Positions 1-8,037 of a stretch of DNA of 35,631 nt are shown in pieces. The notes under the pieces are model-generated. The model saw only the letters and a list, made by a program, of their open reading frames with translations, was not told the origin of the DNA and ran no database searches. This stretch comes from a bacterium (GTDB lineage Bacteria > Sysuimicrobiota > Sysuimicrobiia > Sysuimicrobiales > Kaftiobacteriaceae): positions 1 to 35,631 of the forward strand of contig DATDEG010000318.1 in NCBI GenBank assembly GCA_036523465.1, read 5' to 3'. Made by a program: the position numbers and the translations under genes. Each line of letters opens with the position of its first letter. Positions within the stretch are counted from its first letter, which is position 1.

Positions 1-332
1 TTGGTGAAGTCCCACGATGCCAGCGCGAGCACCGCGGTCGGCTCCGTCGTCATCACGTGCGCGGTCCGGGGACTCTGATCCAGCAGCGAGAGTTCGCCGA
101 AGAAATCGCCGGTCCCGAGAGTGTTCAGCGCCCGGTCACCCCGGACGACCTTGGCCCGTCCGGAGGTGATCAGGTAGAAGCCGGTCCCGACCTGCCCCTG
201 GCGGACGATGTACCGGTTCGCGGGAAATGTGATCTCGGTCATGAGATCGGCCACGTCACCGAGCGCCTTTGGCCCAAGGCCCGAGAACAACGTGACCCGC
301 CGCAGGAGCTGGATCTTTTCCTTGCGCGTCAT
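1..332 (-). CDS. cyclic nucleotide-binding domain protein (Crp/Fnr-type sensor domain), C-terminal part cut off by window edge
   Basis: Absent from the ORF track because it runs off the edge. The reverse complement from ATG 332..330 reads MTRKEKIQLLRRVTLFSGLGPKALGDVADLMTEITFPANRYIVRQGQVGTGFYLITSGRAKVVRGDRALNTLGTGDFFGELSLLDQSPRTAHVMTTEP... This shows the canonical cNMP-binding signatures FGELSLL and RTA. Confidence 0.75.
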   Translation of the reverse strand, partial: MTRKEKIQLLRRVTLFSGLGPKALGDVADLMTEITFPANRYIVRQGQVGTGFYLITSGRAKVVRGDRALNTLGTGDFFGELSLLDQSPRTAHVMTTEPTAVLALASWDFT

Positions 333-521
333 CTGCCCGCCGTCCCTTCGCAGCGCGTGCCCTGGTTCGCTTCCTGGACCAACGACTCCTGCCCCACCGC
401 GGAGGAGGTACGAGGGGGGATGCTGCGTGTCCGTGTGCTCGCGGAGAGGGGCAGAGGGGACGCCGCGCGCGGGAGGAGACCCTCGAGGGGCGGCCAATAT
501 TCACACAATCCGGAATACCCG

Positions 522-533
522 CGCAGATCTGCG
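522..533. promoter_or_regulatory. perfect 12-bp palindrome CGCAGATCTGCG, candidate operator in the divergent intergenic region
   Basis: Read directly. It lies 36 bp upstream of the SBP start codon (569), between divergently oriented genes. No binding protein can be assigned. Confidence 0.25.
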
Positions 534-568
534 TGACCGCGCTGCACATCCTGGGGGTGGTGTGAGGC

Positions 569-2038
569 ATGGGTGATCAGGTAAGCGGGAAGTGGGTGCA
601 GGTCGAGTCTGGGCGTTGGCGCCGGCTCACCCGGCGCGACTTCCTCAAGCTCACTGCGGGGACGGCCGGAGCGGCGGCGGCGGCTGGGAATCTGGGCTCG
701 CTGCTCACGTCTTACGTCCGTGCCCAGCAGCGCCAGCTGCGGATCATGACCTGGGCGCATTTCGTTCCCTGGTCCTACCATCCGTGGTTCGACAACTTCA
801 CGCAGGAGTGGGCCAAGAGCAAAGGGATCCAGGTGACCATCGACCGGGTCAGCTTCGCGGACATTGTGCCCCGGGCGACGGCAGAGGTGGCCGCGCAGGA
901 AGGGCACGATCTGTACTTCTTCATTTCGCCCCCCTCGCAGTTCGAGCAGCAGGTGCTGGACCTTGCCGACATCAACCGGGAAGCCGAACGGCGCTATGGG
1001 CCGATCCTGCCGGTGGTGAAGGACAGCACGTACAACCCTCACACGAGGAAGTGGTTCGGGTTCTCTGACAACTGGGTTCCCGATCCGGGCGACTACCTGA
1101 AGAGCGTGTGGGCGTCCGTCGGGTTCGCGCAGGGACCGCGCACCTGGGAGGACCTGCTCACTGCGGGCCGGCAGATCAAGCAGAAGTACCCCAACATCCA
1201 GATCCCGATCGGGATCGGATACTCGCAGGACATCGACTCCAACATGGCGACCCGGGCGCTGCTCTGGTCGTTCGGGGCGTCCCTGCAGGACAAAGAAGCA
1301 AACGTGGTCCTCAACTCGGAGGAGACCGTCCGGGCGGTCGAGTGGGGGGCCCGGTTGTTTCGCGAGGTGATGACCCCGGCGGTGATGAGCTGGAACGCCG
1401 CCTCCAACAACCAGGCCCTGGAGGCCAGCCAGACCTCGTACATCCTCAACTCCATCTCGGCCTACCGTTCCGCGCAGCAACGGCGGCTTCCGGTGGCCAG
1501 CGATATCAACTTCGTTTCTGCATTGAGGGGACCGGTCCGAGCCATGGCGGCGACGCACGTGATGGGCGTGTGGGTGGTCTGGAGGTTCAGCCGTTCGCCC
1601 GACCTGGCGAAGGAGTTCCTCCTGCACCTGACGGAGAACGCCCGTGAGTCCACGCTGGGCAGCGAGCTCTACAACTTCCCTGCCTACATGGGGGCGGCCG
1701 CGGAGAAGAGTACCCCGGTGGCGCAGAAGCCGGCCGAGGGGTTGAAGTGGGTCCAGTCGCAGGTCCGCCGCGACCGCTTCGGCTCGCTCCCGCCGGACAA
1801 GCTCAAGGTGATGGCCGATTCGCTGAACTGGTCCGCGAATATCGGTTGGCCCGGCGTGGCGAATCCGGCCGAAGGAGAGATCTTCGATACGAGCGTGACC
1901 GCCGACATGTTCGGCAAAGCGGCGACCGGACAACTGACGCCCAAGCAGGCCGTCGAAGAAGGCAGCCGCCGCGCGAAAGACATCTATAATAAGTGGCGGC
2001 GCGCCGGGCTGGTCGGAGGCGGCGGGAAAGACAAATAG
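569..2038 (+). CDS. ABC transporter extracellular solute-binding protein (carbohydrate-type, family 1) with twin-arginine signal
   Basis: 489-aa ORF. The N-terminus RRLTRRDFLKLTAGTAGAAAAAG is a Tat-type signal. Length and composition are typical of sugar SBPs, and it is followed by an ATPase and two MalF/MalG-type permeases. Confidence 0.85.
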   Translation: MGDQVSGKWVQVESGRWRRLTRRDFLKLTAGTAGAAAAAGNLGSLLTSYVRAQQRQLRIMTWAHFVPWSYHPWFDNFTQEWAKSKGIQVTIDRVSFADIVPRATAEVAAQEGHDLYFFISPPSQFEQQVLDLADINREAERRYGPILPVVKDSTYNPHTRKWFGFSDNWVPDPGDYLKSVWASVGFAQGPRTWEDLLTAGRQIKQKYPNIQIPIGIGYSQDIDSNMATRALLWSFGASLQDKEANVVLNSEETVRAVEWGARLFREVMTPAVMSWNAASNNQALEASQTSYILNSISAYRSAQQRRLPVASDINFVSALRGPVRAMAATHVMGVWVVWRFSRSPDLAKEFLLHLTENARESTLGSELYNFPAYMGAAAEKSTPVAQKPAEGLKWVQSQVRRDRFGSLPPDKLKVMADSLNWSANIGWPGVANPAEGEIFDTSVTADMFGKAATGQLTPKQAVEEGSRRAKDIYNKWRRAGLVGGGGKDK

Positions 2039-2110
2039 GATCGCGGGACGATGCAAATGCACGGGGGGACGCACACGCGGCGGCCCGCCCGCTCCCTCCT
2101 CCGCGTACAT

Positions 2111-2139
2111 GGGGTGCGTCCGGCAATCGGGCGCACCCC
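2111..2139 (+). other. intra-operon GC stem-loop after the SBP gene
   Basis: GGGGTGCG (2111-2118) pairs perfectly with CGCACCCC (2132-2139), and an inner CCG/CGG pairing is also possible. There is no T-tract, so it is more likely an mRNA-stabilising or partial attenuator hairpin than a full terminator. Confidence 0.4.
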
Positions 2140-2146
2140 TAGATAT

Positions 2147-2196
2147 CGCAGGAGCCACGACACGCGGGAGCTACTACGCGCAGGAGCCACGACACG
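2147..2196 (+). repeat. perfect 18-bp direct repeat CGCAGGAGCCACGACACG x2 (2147-2164 and 2179-2196)
   Basis: Read directly. Each copy carries an AGGAG Shine-Dalgarno-like core. The second copy abuts the ATPase start codon at 2197. Confidence 0.85.
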
Positions 2197-3234
2197 ATGG
2201 GATACGTCGAGACGCGCGCGTTGCAGAAGTACTTCGGAGATGTCCATGCCGTAGACGGAGTGGACCTCGAAGTCACGGAGGGAGAACTCCTCGTCCTGCT
2301 GGGGCCTTCCGGCTGCGGCAAGACCACCCTGATGCGCATGATCGCCGGGCTGGAGACGCCGACCGCCGGCGAGATCTCCATCGCGGGGCAGCGCGTGGAC
2401 GAGGGTGTCCCTCCCCGGGCCCGCGGCATCGCCATGGTCTTCCAGAGTTACGCCCTCTACCCGCACAAGACGGCCTACCGGAACATCGCCTTCCCGCTGG
2501 AGGCTTCGGGCCAGCCGTCGGAGGCGGTGAAGGAGAAGGTCCGCACGGGGGCGCGGAGGTTCGGACTGGAGCGGCTGCTCGGGCGGTTTCCACGGCAGCT
2601 GTCCGGAGGAGAGCGCCAGCGGGTCGCCCTGGCCCGCGCCGTGGTTCGTGATCCGCGGGTCTTCCTCTTCGACGAGCCGTTGAGCAACCTCGACGCCCAA
2701 CTGCGGGCCATCGCCCGATACGAGCTCAAGGAGTTCCAGCGCCAGCTCGGCACCACCACGATCTACGTGACCCATGATCAGGTTGAGGCGATGGGGCTCG
2801 GCGACCGCATCGCCGTGATGGAGAAGGGAAGGATCCGCCAGATCGGCACGCCGCAGGACGTCTACGAGAATCCGGCCGACACGTTTGTGGCGACGTTCCT
2901 TGGATCCCCACCGATGAATCTCGTCGAGCACGACGAGAACACGCTCATCGGATTCCGACCCGAGCATCTCCTCCCGAAGTCGACCTATCCCTCGGCGGAG
3001 ACCGTCGTTACCTATCACCTCCGCGTGCGACAAGTGGAACACCTCGGAGCGGATCGCCTGATCTACGGCTCTCTCGAAGAGGAGACCCGGTCCGACCAGC
3101 CTGTTATCGCCTCCCTGCCCGTGACGATCCCTCAGCCGATCACGGAACGACAAGTCTACGAGTTCGCGGTCCCCCGGCGGGCGATGCGCTACTTCGACCG
3201 CCGTACCGGCCTGAGGCGCGATGGCGCTGCCTAA
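2197..3234 (+). CDS. ABC transporter ATP-binding protein, MalK/UgpC/MsmX family
   Basis: Walker A GPSGCGKTT, signature LSGGERQRVALARA, Walker B FLFDEPLSNLD, H-loop YVTHD, plus a C-terminal regulatory (TOBE-like) extension. Confidence 0.9.
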   Translation: MGYVETRALQKYFGDVHAVDGVDLEVTEGELLVLLGPSGCGKTTLMRMIAGLETPTAGEISIAGQRVDEGVPPRARGIAMVFQSYALYPHKTAYRNIAFPLEASGQPSEAVKEKVRTGARRFGLERLLGRFPRQLSGGERQRVALARAVVRDPRVFLFDEPLSNLDAQLRAIARYELKEFQRQLGTTTIYVTHDQVEAMGLGDRIAVMEKGRIRQIGTPQDVYENPADTFVATFLGSPPMNLVEHDENTLIGFRPEHLLPKSTYPSAETVVTYHLRVRQVEHLGADRLIYGSLEEETRSDQPVIASLPVTIPQPITERQVYEFAVPRRAMRYFDRRTGLRRDGAA

Positions 3235-4165
3235 GAGCGCGCCGGCCGTCGTCCAGGCGCGGGCCGCGGTGTTCTCCCGGGCCACGCTGGCCGATTCGGA
3301 GAGCGTGCTCGGCCGGCTTCTCCTCGCCCCTGCCAGCCTCTATGTTGCGCTCCTCGTCGGGATCCCGTTTGTCATGGCGATCTTGCTCAGTTTCAGCGGG
3401 GCGCGATCGGGAACGCTGGCGTTTGATTGGGTGGGGCTGCGCCACTTCCGGACCATCATCACAGACCCGCAGTTCCTGCTGACGCTCCGGAACACGCTGA
3501 TCTTCACGGTCGGCTCGCAACTGCTCGTCATGTTCCTCGCCACGACCGCGGCGAACGTGCTTGAAGCCTCCTTCTTCGGGAAACGCGCGCTGCGGATGCT
3601 CCTTCTCCTCCCGTGGGCTGTGCCGGTCTCGCTGGCCACGATGGCCTGGGCGTGGATCTTCGACTCGACCTTCAGCGTCATCAACTGGACGCTGCGGGAC
3701 ATGGGTCTGCTCCACGGTTGGATCTATTGGCTCGGCGATCCCGAGCTGGCCATGGCCGCGATCATCATCATCCACGTCTGGCGCATGTTTCCCTTCGCGA
3801 CGGTCGTCTTGCTCGCCGGGTTGACCTCGATTCCGGTGGAGATCCGCGAGGCCGCGGTCATCGACGGCGCCTCGTTCTGGCGCCGCCTCTTTCAGGTGAA
3901 TCTGCCGCTCCTCCTCCCGGTCGTGACGGTAGCGGTCTTGTTCGGCATGGTCTTCACGTCGACGGACCTCAGCGTCGTCTACCTGTTGACCCGCGGTGGA
4001 CCCTACAACAGCACCCACGTCCTCGCCAGCCTCGCGTTCCAGCGCGGCATCCTTGGAGGCGATCTGGGCGAGGGAGCGGCGATCGCGCTATTCCTCCTCC
4101 CTGTGCTCGTGGTCGTGGCCATGGGGATGCTGCGGCTGGCGCGGCGGGCGGAGGTGGGGGCATGA
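3221..4165 (+). CDS. ABC transporter permease (MalF/UgpA-like)
   Basis: 314-aa polytopic membrane protein with an EAA-type loop (IREAAVIDGASFWRRLFQVNLP). It overlaps the upstream ATPase gene. Confidence 0.85.
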   Translation: MALPKSAPAVVQARAAVFSRATLADSESVLGRLLLAPASLYVALLVGIPFVMAILLSFSGARSGTLAFDWVGLRHFRTIITDPQFLLTLRNTLIFTVGSQLLVMFLATTAANVLEASFFGKRALRMLLLLPWAVPVSLATMAWAWIFDSTFSVINWTLRDMGLLHGWIYWLGDPELAMAAIIIIHVWRMFPFATVVLLAGLTSIPVEIREAAVIDGASFWRRLFQVNLPLLLPVVTVAVLFGMVFTSTDLSVVYLLTRGGPYNSTHVLASLAFQRGILGGDLGEGAAIALFLLPVLVVVAMGMLRLARRAEVGA

Positions 4166-4205
4166 TCGGTCCGGGGCATCGGCCGGTGACGCGCAGGGAC
4201 GCCCG

Positions 4206-5069
4206 ATGAGGGCGCGCCGGCGGACGGTGCTCGTCCTGAAGCGGGTCGCCCTCTACGCGGCGGCGCTCGGCTTCACGGTCCTCGCCGTGTTCCCGTTCTA
4301 CTGGATGATCATCACGGCGTTCAAGCGTGACAGCGACCTGTATGTGGGCGCAACGGTGCGGTCGCACATTCCCTGGATCTTCAATGAGCCGCCGACCCTC
4401 GAGCACTTCCGTTACCTGCTCACGGAGACGGCGTATCTTACCTGGGTGCAGAATACCGTCATCGTTGGCGCGGCGGTCGTGGCGATCACGCTGGTGCTGG
4501 CGGTGCCCGCCGGGTACGCGCTTGCCCGGCTGACCGGACGCTGGGGGGAGCGTCTGGGTATCGCGATCTTCCTCACCTATCTCGTCCCGCCAACGCTCCT
4601 GTTCATTCCGTTCTCCCGCGTTATCGCCGTCCTTGGGCTGCAGAACTCGCTCTGGGCGCTTGTGGTCGTCTACCCCACGTTCACGATCCCGTTCTGCACC
4701 TGGCTGCTCATGGGGTTCTTCCGCTCCATCCCCCGCGACATCGAGGAACAGGCGATGATCGACGGGTACAGCCGGCTGAGCGCGATGCGCCTGGTCGTCC
4801 TGCCGCTCGCGATCTCCGGTGTGCTTACCTCGGCCTTCTTCTCCTTCACCCTCGTCATGCAGGACTTCGTCTATGCCCTGACCTTCATCAGCTCGGTCGG
4901 CAAGATGACCGTCAGCCTGGGAATCCCGGTGGCGTTGTTCCGGGACGTCTTCAACTGGGGAGCGATGATGGCCGCGGCGCTGATCACGAGCGTGCCGATC
5001 GCCATCATCTACAACCTGTTCATCGACCGGTTCATCGCGGGGCTGACCGCGGGCGCGGTGAAAGGGTAG
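4206..5069 (+). CDS. ABC transporter permease (MalG/UgpE-like)
   Basis: The track ORF 3996..5069 is trimmed to the first in-frame ATG after the end of permease 1 (MRARRRTVLVLKRVALYAAALGF...). EAA loop: DIEEQAMIDGYSRLSAMRLVVLP. Confidence 0.85.
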   Translation: MRARRRTVLVLKRVALYAAALGFTVLAVFPFYWMIITAFKRDSDLYVGATVRSHIPWIFNEPPTLEHFRYLLTETAYLTWVQNTVIVGAAVVAITLVLAVPAGYALARLTGRWGERLGIAIFLTYLVPPTLLFIPFSRVIAVLGLQNSLWALVVVYPTFTIPFCTWLLMGFFRSIPRDIEEQAMIDGYSRLSAMRLVVLPLAISGVLTSAFFSFTLVMQDFVYALTFISSVGKMTVSLGIPVALFRDVFNWGAMMAAALITSVPIAIIYNLFIDRFIAGLTAGAVKG

Positions 5070-5813
5070 GTGGACACCCCGGTCATCGACGTCACGGAGC
5101 TGACGAAGCGGTTCGAGCAGACGGCGGCCGTCGACGGGATCTCGTTCCAGGTCTATCGTGGGGAATTGCTCGGCTTCCTGGGACCCAACGGCGCCGGCAA
5201 GACGACCACGATCGCCATGCTCCTCGGGCTCGTCGCTCCCACTGCCGGCACGGTGCGCATCCTCGGGGAGCCGATGCCCCAGCGCCGGCATGCTATCCTC
5301 GCACGGGTCAACTTCTCGTCGCCCTACGTCGCCCTGCCGTATGACCTGACGGTCCGGGAAAACCTCACGGTGTTCGCCCACCTCTACAGTCTCGCCGACG
5401 CCCGGACGAAGATCGCCGAGCTCACCGAGCAGTTCGGGGTTGCCCGCTTCCTTGACCGTCGCACCGGAGCGCTTTCCTCCGGGGAGACCGCGCGGGTGAA
5501 CCTTGTCAAGGCGTTCCTCAACGACCCCGACGTACTGTTCCTCGACGAGCCTACCGCCGCGCTCGACCCGGAGGCGGCCGATACCGTCCGCTCGCTGCTC
5601 CTGCGCCTCGGACGCGAGCGCGGGCTGACGATCTTCTACACCTCCCACAACATGCGCGAGGTGGAGCGATTGAGCAGCCGGATCATCTTCCTGCACCACG
5701 GCCGGATCATCGCCGACGGGCCGGCGGCGGACGTGGTGCGCGAGTACGGGAAGGCAGATCTCGAGGAGTTCTTCGTTGCTCTGGCGCGGTCCGAGCAGGA
5801 GCCACCGGCGTGA
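5070..5813 (+). CDS. ABC-2 type exporter ATP-binding protein
   Basis: GTG start directly after the preceding TAG. Walker A GPNGAGKTT, signature LSSGETARVNL, Walker B LFLDEPTAALD. Confidence 0.85.
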   Translation: MDTPVIDVTELTKRFEQTAAVDGISFQVYRGELLGFLGPNGAGKTTTIAMLLGLVAPTAGTVRILGEPMPQRRHAILARVNFSSPYVALPYDLTVRENLTVFAHLYSLADARTKIAELTEQFGVARFLDRRTGALSSGETARVNLVKAFLNDPDVLFLDEPTAALDPEAADTVRSLLLRLGRERGLTIFYTSHNMREVERLSSRIIFLHHGRIIADGPAADVVREYGKADLEEFFVALARSEQEPPA

Positions 5814-6619
5814 GCTGGCGGCGGATCTGGGCGCTCAACCGGCGCCAGCTCTACGTCATGCGCCGCAGCTTCGCGCGCATCACCGACCTCTTCTACTGGC
5901 CGCTCGTAGATCTGTTCTTCTTCGGGTTTCTCTCCCTCTATCTCGGGCGCCGCGAGGGGGCGATCGGCATCGTCGGTCTGTTGCTCAGCGCCCTCATCCT
6001 CTGGGACGTCTTCTTCCGGGTCCAGCACGGCATCTCGATCTCGTTCCTCATGGAGCTGTGGACGCGTAACCTGATCAACCTCTTCGTCACGCCGATCACG
6101 GTGCGCGAGTTCCTTGCGGCGATGATGGTCTGGGGCCTCATCAAGATCTCGATCACCGCCACCCTGATGACCGCACTGGCCTACCTGCTGTACCGCTTCA
6201 ACCTGTTCGTCCTCGGTCTCAGTCTCGTGCCGCTGCTCCTCGCGCTGATCGTCTTCGCTTGGGCCGTGGGCACGGTCGTCACCGCGCTCATCCTCCGGTA
6301 CGGCCAGAGCGTCGAGGTACTGGCCTGGAGCCTGCCGTTCCTCTTCCAGCCGTTCGGGGCGGTCTTCTTCCCGCTGTCGGTCTATCCCGCGTGGCTGCAG
6401 GGGCCGCTCCAGCTGCAGCCGCTCCCGCACATCTTCGAGGCGATGCGCGCCGTCATCGCCGGGCGGGCGCTGCCGCTCGACCGTGTCGCCTGGGCGTTCA
6501 TCCTCGATGCCGCCTATCTCGCCATCGCCTTCGCCTTCTTCGGCTACATGTTCAGCCTGGCCCGCCAGCGCGGCTGCTGCTCAAGGTGCAGGAGTAGGCT
6601 GCGGCGGGTCATGAATTGA
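5810..6619 (+). CDS. ABC-2 type exporter permease
   Basis: 269-aa protein with six hydrophobic segments. GTGA overlap with the ATPase stop. Confidence 0.8.
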   Translation: MSWRRIWALNRRQLYVMRRSFARITDLFYWPLVDLFFFGFLSLYLGRREGAIGIVGLLLSALILWDVFFRVQHGISISFLMELWTRNLINLFVTPITVREFLAAMMVWGLIKISITATLMTALAYLLYRFNLFVLGLSLVPLLLALIVFAWAVGTVVTALILRYGQSVEVLAWSLPFLFQPFGAVFFPLSVYPAWLQGPLQLQPLPHIFEAMRAVIAGRALPLDRVAWAFILDAAYLAIAFAFFGYMFSLARQRGCCSRCRSRLRRVMN

Positions 6620-7086
6620 CCTCTGGGATGGGAACACGCGCGGCCCACGCGGCGGATTCCGAGGTGGCGCGCGCCTTTGGGGCGTACGTGCGCATGTTGC
6701 GGGAGAATGCCCGCGGCGCCGGGCGGGGGAAGCCGCTGCGCCAGCTCGCCCGCGAGACCGGGATCGCACCGAGCGTCCTCTCCCGGGGGGAACGCGGGCT
6801 GCAGGACCTGCGCCGGAGCGAATACATCGACCGTCTCGCCCCCCACCTCGGGGTCCGGCCGTCGATCCTCCGCCGGGTCGCCACGGTGATCACCGGCGAG
6901 GACGTCGAGCGCCTGCGGCCCAGCGCGCCGACGGAGGAGACCGGGACGCTCCCCTCACGCACGGCCGGGCGGATGCTGTGGACTAAGCTGCGACGCGAAC
7001 TGGATCGCCTCCAGGACGCGCCTCCAGAGACCATCGAGGCGCTCTTGAGCTACGTCGAGTTCCTCGCAACTCGCCGCAGACCGTGA
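6616..7086 (+). CDS. XRE-family helix-turn-helix transcriptional regulator
   Basis: HTH segment PLRQLARETGIAPSVLSRGERG. The TTG at 6616 overlaps the permease stop (TTGA). An alternative ATG at 6628 cannot be excluded. Confidence 0.6.
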   Translation: MTSGMGTRAAHAADSEVARAFGAYVRMLRENARGAGRGKPLRQLARETGIAPSVLSRGERGLQDLRRSEYIDRLAPHLGVRPSILRRVATVITGEDVERLRPSAPTEETGTLPSRTAGRMLWTKLRRELDRLQDAPPETIEALLSYVEFLATRRRP

Positions 7087-7224
7087 TGGGCCGCGAGGGC
7101 CGAGGAGCGAATCAAGGCGGGCCTTGTCTGAAGCGACAAGAGCCCTCCCGGTCCAGGGTTCTTGCGTGCTATAGTCGTACAGGACTGAGGCGCACACACG
7201 TACGCGTGCGCCGGGAGGGGCCCG

Positions 7225-7674
7225 TTGGCGCAAGTCACGGCGACCACACTTATCCGCGCCCCGCTGTCTGAGGTCTACCGCGTCGCGAAGGACATCGAGA
7301 AGTTCCCCGAGTTCATGCCCGACGTCCAGTCCATCCGCATCCTCGACCGCGCGGGATCCCGGATCACCGTTGAATGGGTCGGCCTCATGCAGGGGCGCAA
7401 GATCCGCTGGGTCGAGGAAGAGACGTGGGACGACGCCGCCCACCGCAGCACATTTCGCCTGGTCGAAGGGGACTTCTCGAAGTTCGAGGGCTCCTGGAGC
7501 TTCGGGCCCGTGTCTGACGGGACGGAAGCGGTGCTCGTCCTGGATTATGAGATGGAGCTCCCCCTGGCCGGCGCGCTGATCAGCAATCTGCTGAAGGTCC
7601 TCGTCCGCAAGAACCTGGAGAGTATGCTGGCCTCGCTCAAGGGGCAGCTGGAAGGTGCGGCCCGTAAGGTCTGA
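7225..7674 (+). CDS. SRPBCC-superfamily protein (polyketide cyclase/dehydrase, RatA/CoQ10-like)
   Basis: 149 aa. The pattern LIRAPLSEVYRVAKDIEKFPEFMP...W...F..VEGDF..FEGSW.F is typical of the Polyketide_cyc/START-like fold. TTG start preceded by GGGAGGGG. Confidence 0.75.
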   Translation: MAQVTATTLIRAPLSEVYRVAKDIEKFPEFMPDVQSIRILDRAGSRITVEWVGLMQGRKIRWVEEETWDDAAHRSTFRLVEGDFSKFEGSWSFGPVSDGTEAVLVLDYEMELPLAGALISNLLKVLVRKNLESMLASLKGQLEGAARKV

Positions 7675-7710
7675 AGACCGGAGAGGTCGACTTCACAAGG
7701 AGGTAGATCG

Positions 7711-7854
7711 GTGGATCCGATTATGCCCTGGCTTGAGATGCAGATCCGAAAGCACCTGACCAACCAGCGAGGACAGGCCGAAGTGATCGTGCTCGCCCTG
7801 CTTATCTTCCTCCTGTGGCTATTGATGACGGGGCGCCGGGTCGTCGTGCAGTAA
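7711..7854 (+). CDS. unannotated 47-aa small membrane protein
   Basis: Below the ORF-track size cut-off. GTG at 7711 lies 7 nt after a strong AAGGAGG. Translation: VDPIMPWLEMQIRKHLTNQRGQAEVIVLALLIFLLWLLMTGRRVVVQ, with one clear TM helix. It is followed by a hairpin element. Confidence 0.4.
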   Translation: MDPIMPWLEMQIRKHLTNQRGQAEVIVLALLIFLLWLLMTGRRVVVQ

Positions 7855-7863
7855 TGTTCCCGG

Positions 7864-7906
7864 AAGGGGGAGCTCGAGGGGGAACGGCGCGCGTCCGGTC
7901 CCCCTC
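7864..7906 (+). repeat. palindromic intergenic element, copy A (second copy at 28833-28878)
   Basis: AAGGGGGAGCTCGAGGGGGAACGGCGCGCGTCCGGTCCCCCTC. A 12-bp stem (one mismatch) surrounds the loop CGCGCGT. About 87% identical over 46 nt to copy B. Confidence 0.65.
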
Positions 7907-8037
7907 GTCTGCCGTTTAGGGCACCATAAGGCTTTGGGGGGCACCATCCCTCTGAGGCCTTCTTGATCTCATACTCCCCGGAGAAACATCGGGAAGGCCG
8001 CCGGACACTATAGGAGGATGTTTGCCGGTACTTTGAG

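Noticed and set aside
329-2158. 609-aa minus-strand ORF covering the whole SBP gene
   Set aside because: It is antisense to a clearly recognisable Tat-signal solute-binding protein. Its translation is R/P/G/H-rich with no motif. This is the typical stop-codon-poor antisense frame of high-GC DNA.
1984-5699. Long minus-strand ORFs 1984..3285 (433 aa) and 3969..5699 (576 aa)
   Set aside because: Both are antisense to ABC ATPase and permease genes with unambiguous Walker/EAA motifs. Their composition is dominated by R, D, G, P and E, with no domain signature.
6616-7674. XRE plus SRPBCC (RatA-like) as a type II toxin-antitoxin pair
   Set aside because: The genes are separated by 138 nt with hairpins. 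The XRE gene is chained to the ABC-2 exporter instead. SRPBCC proteins are mostly not toxins. The evidence is too weak for a TA call.
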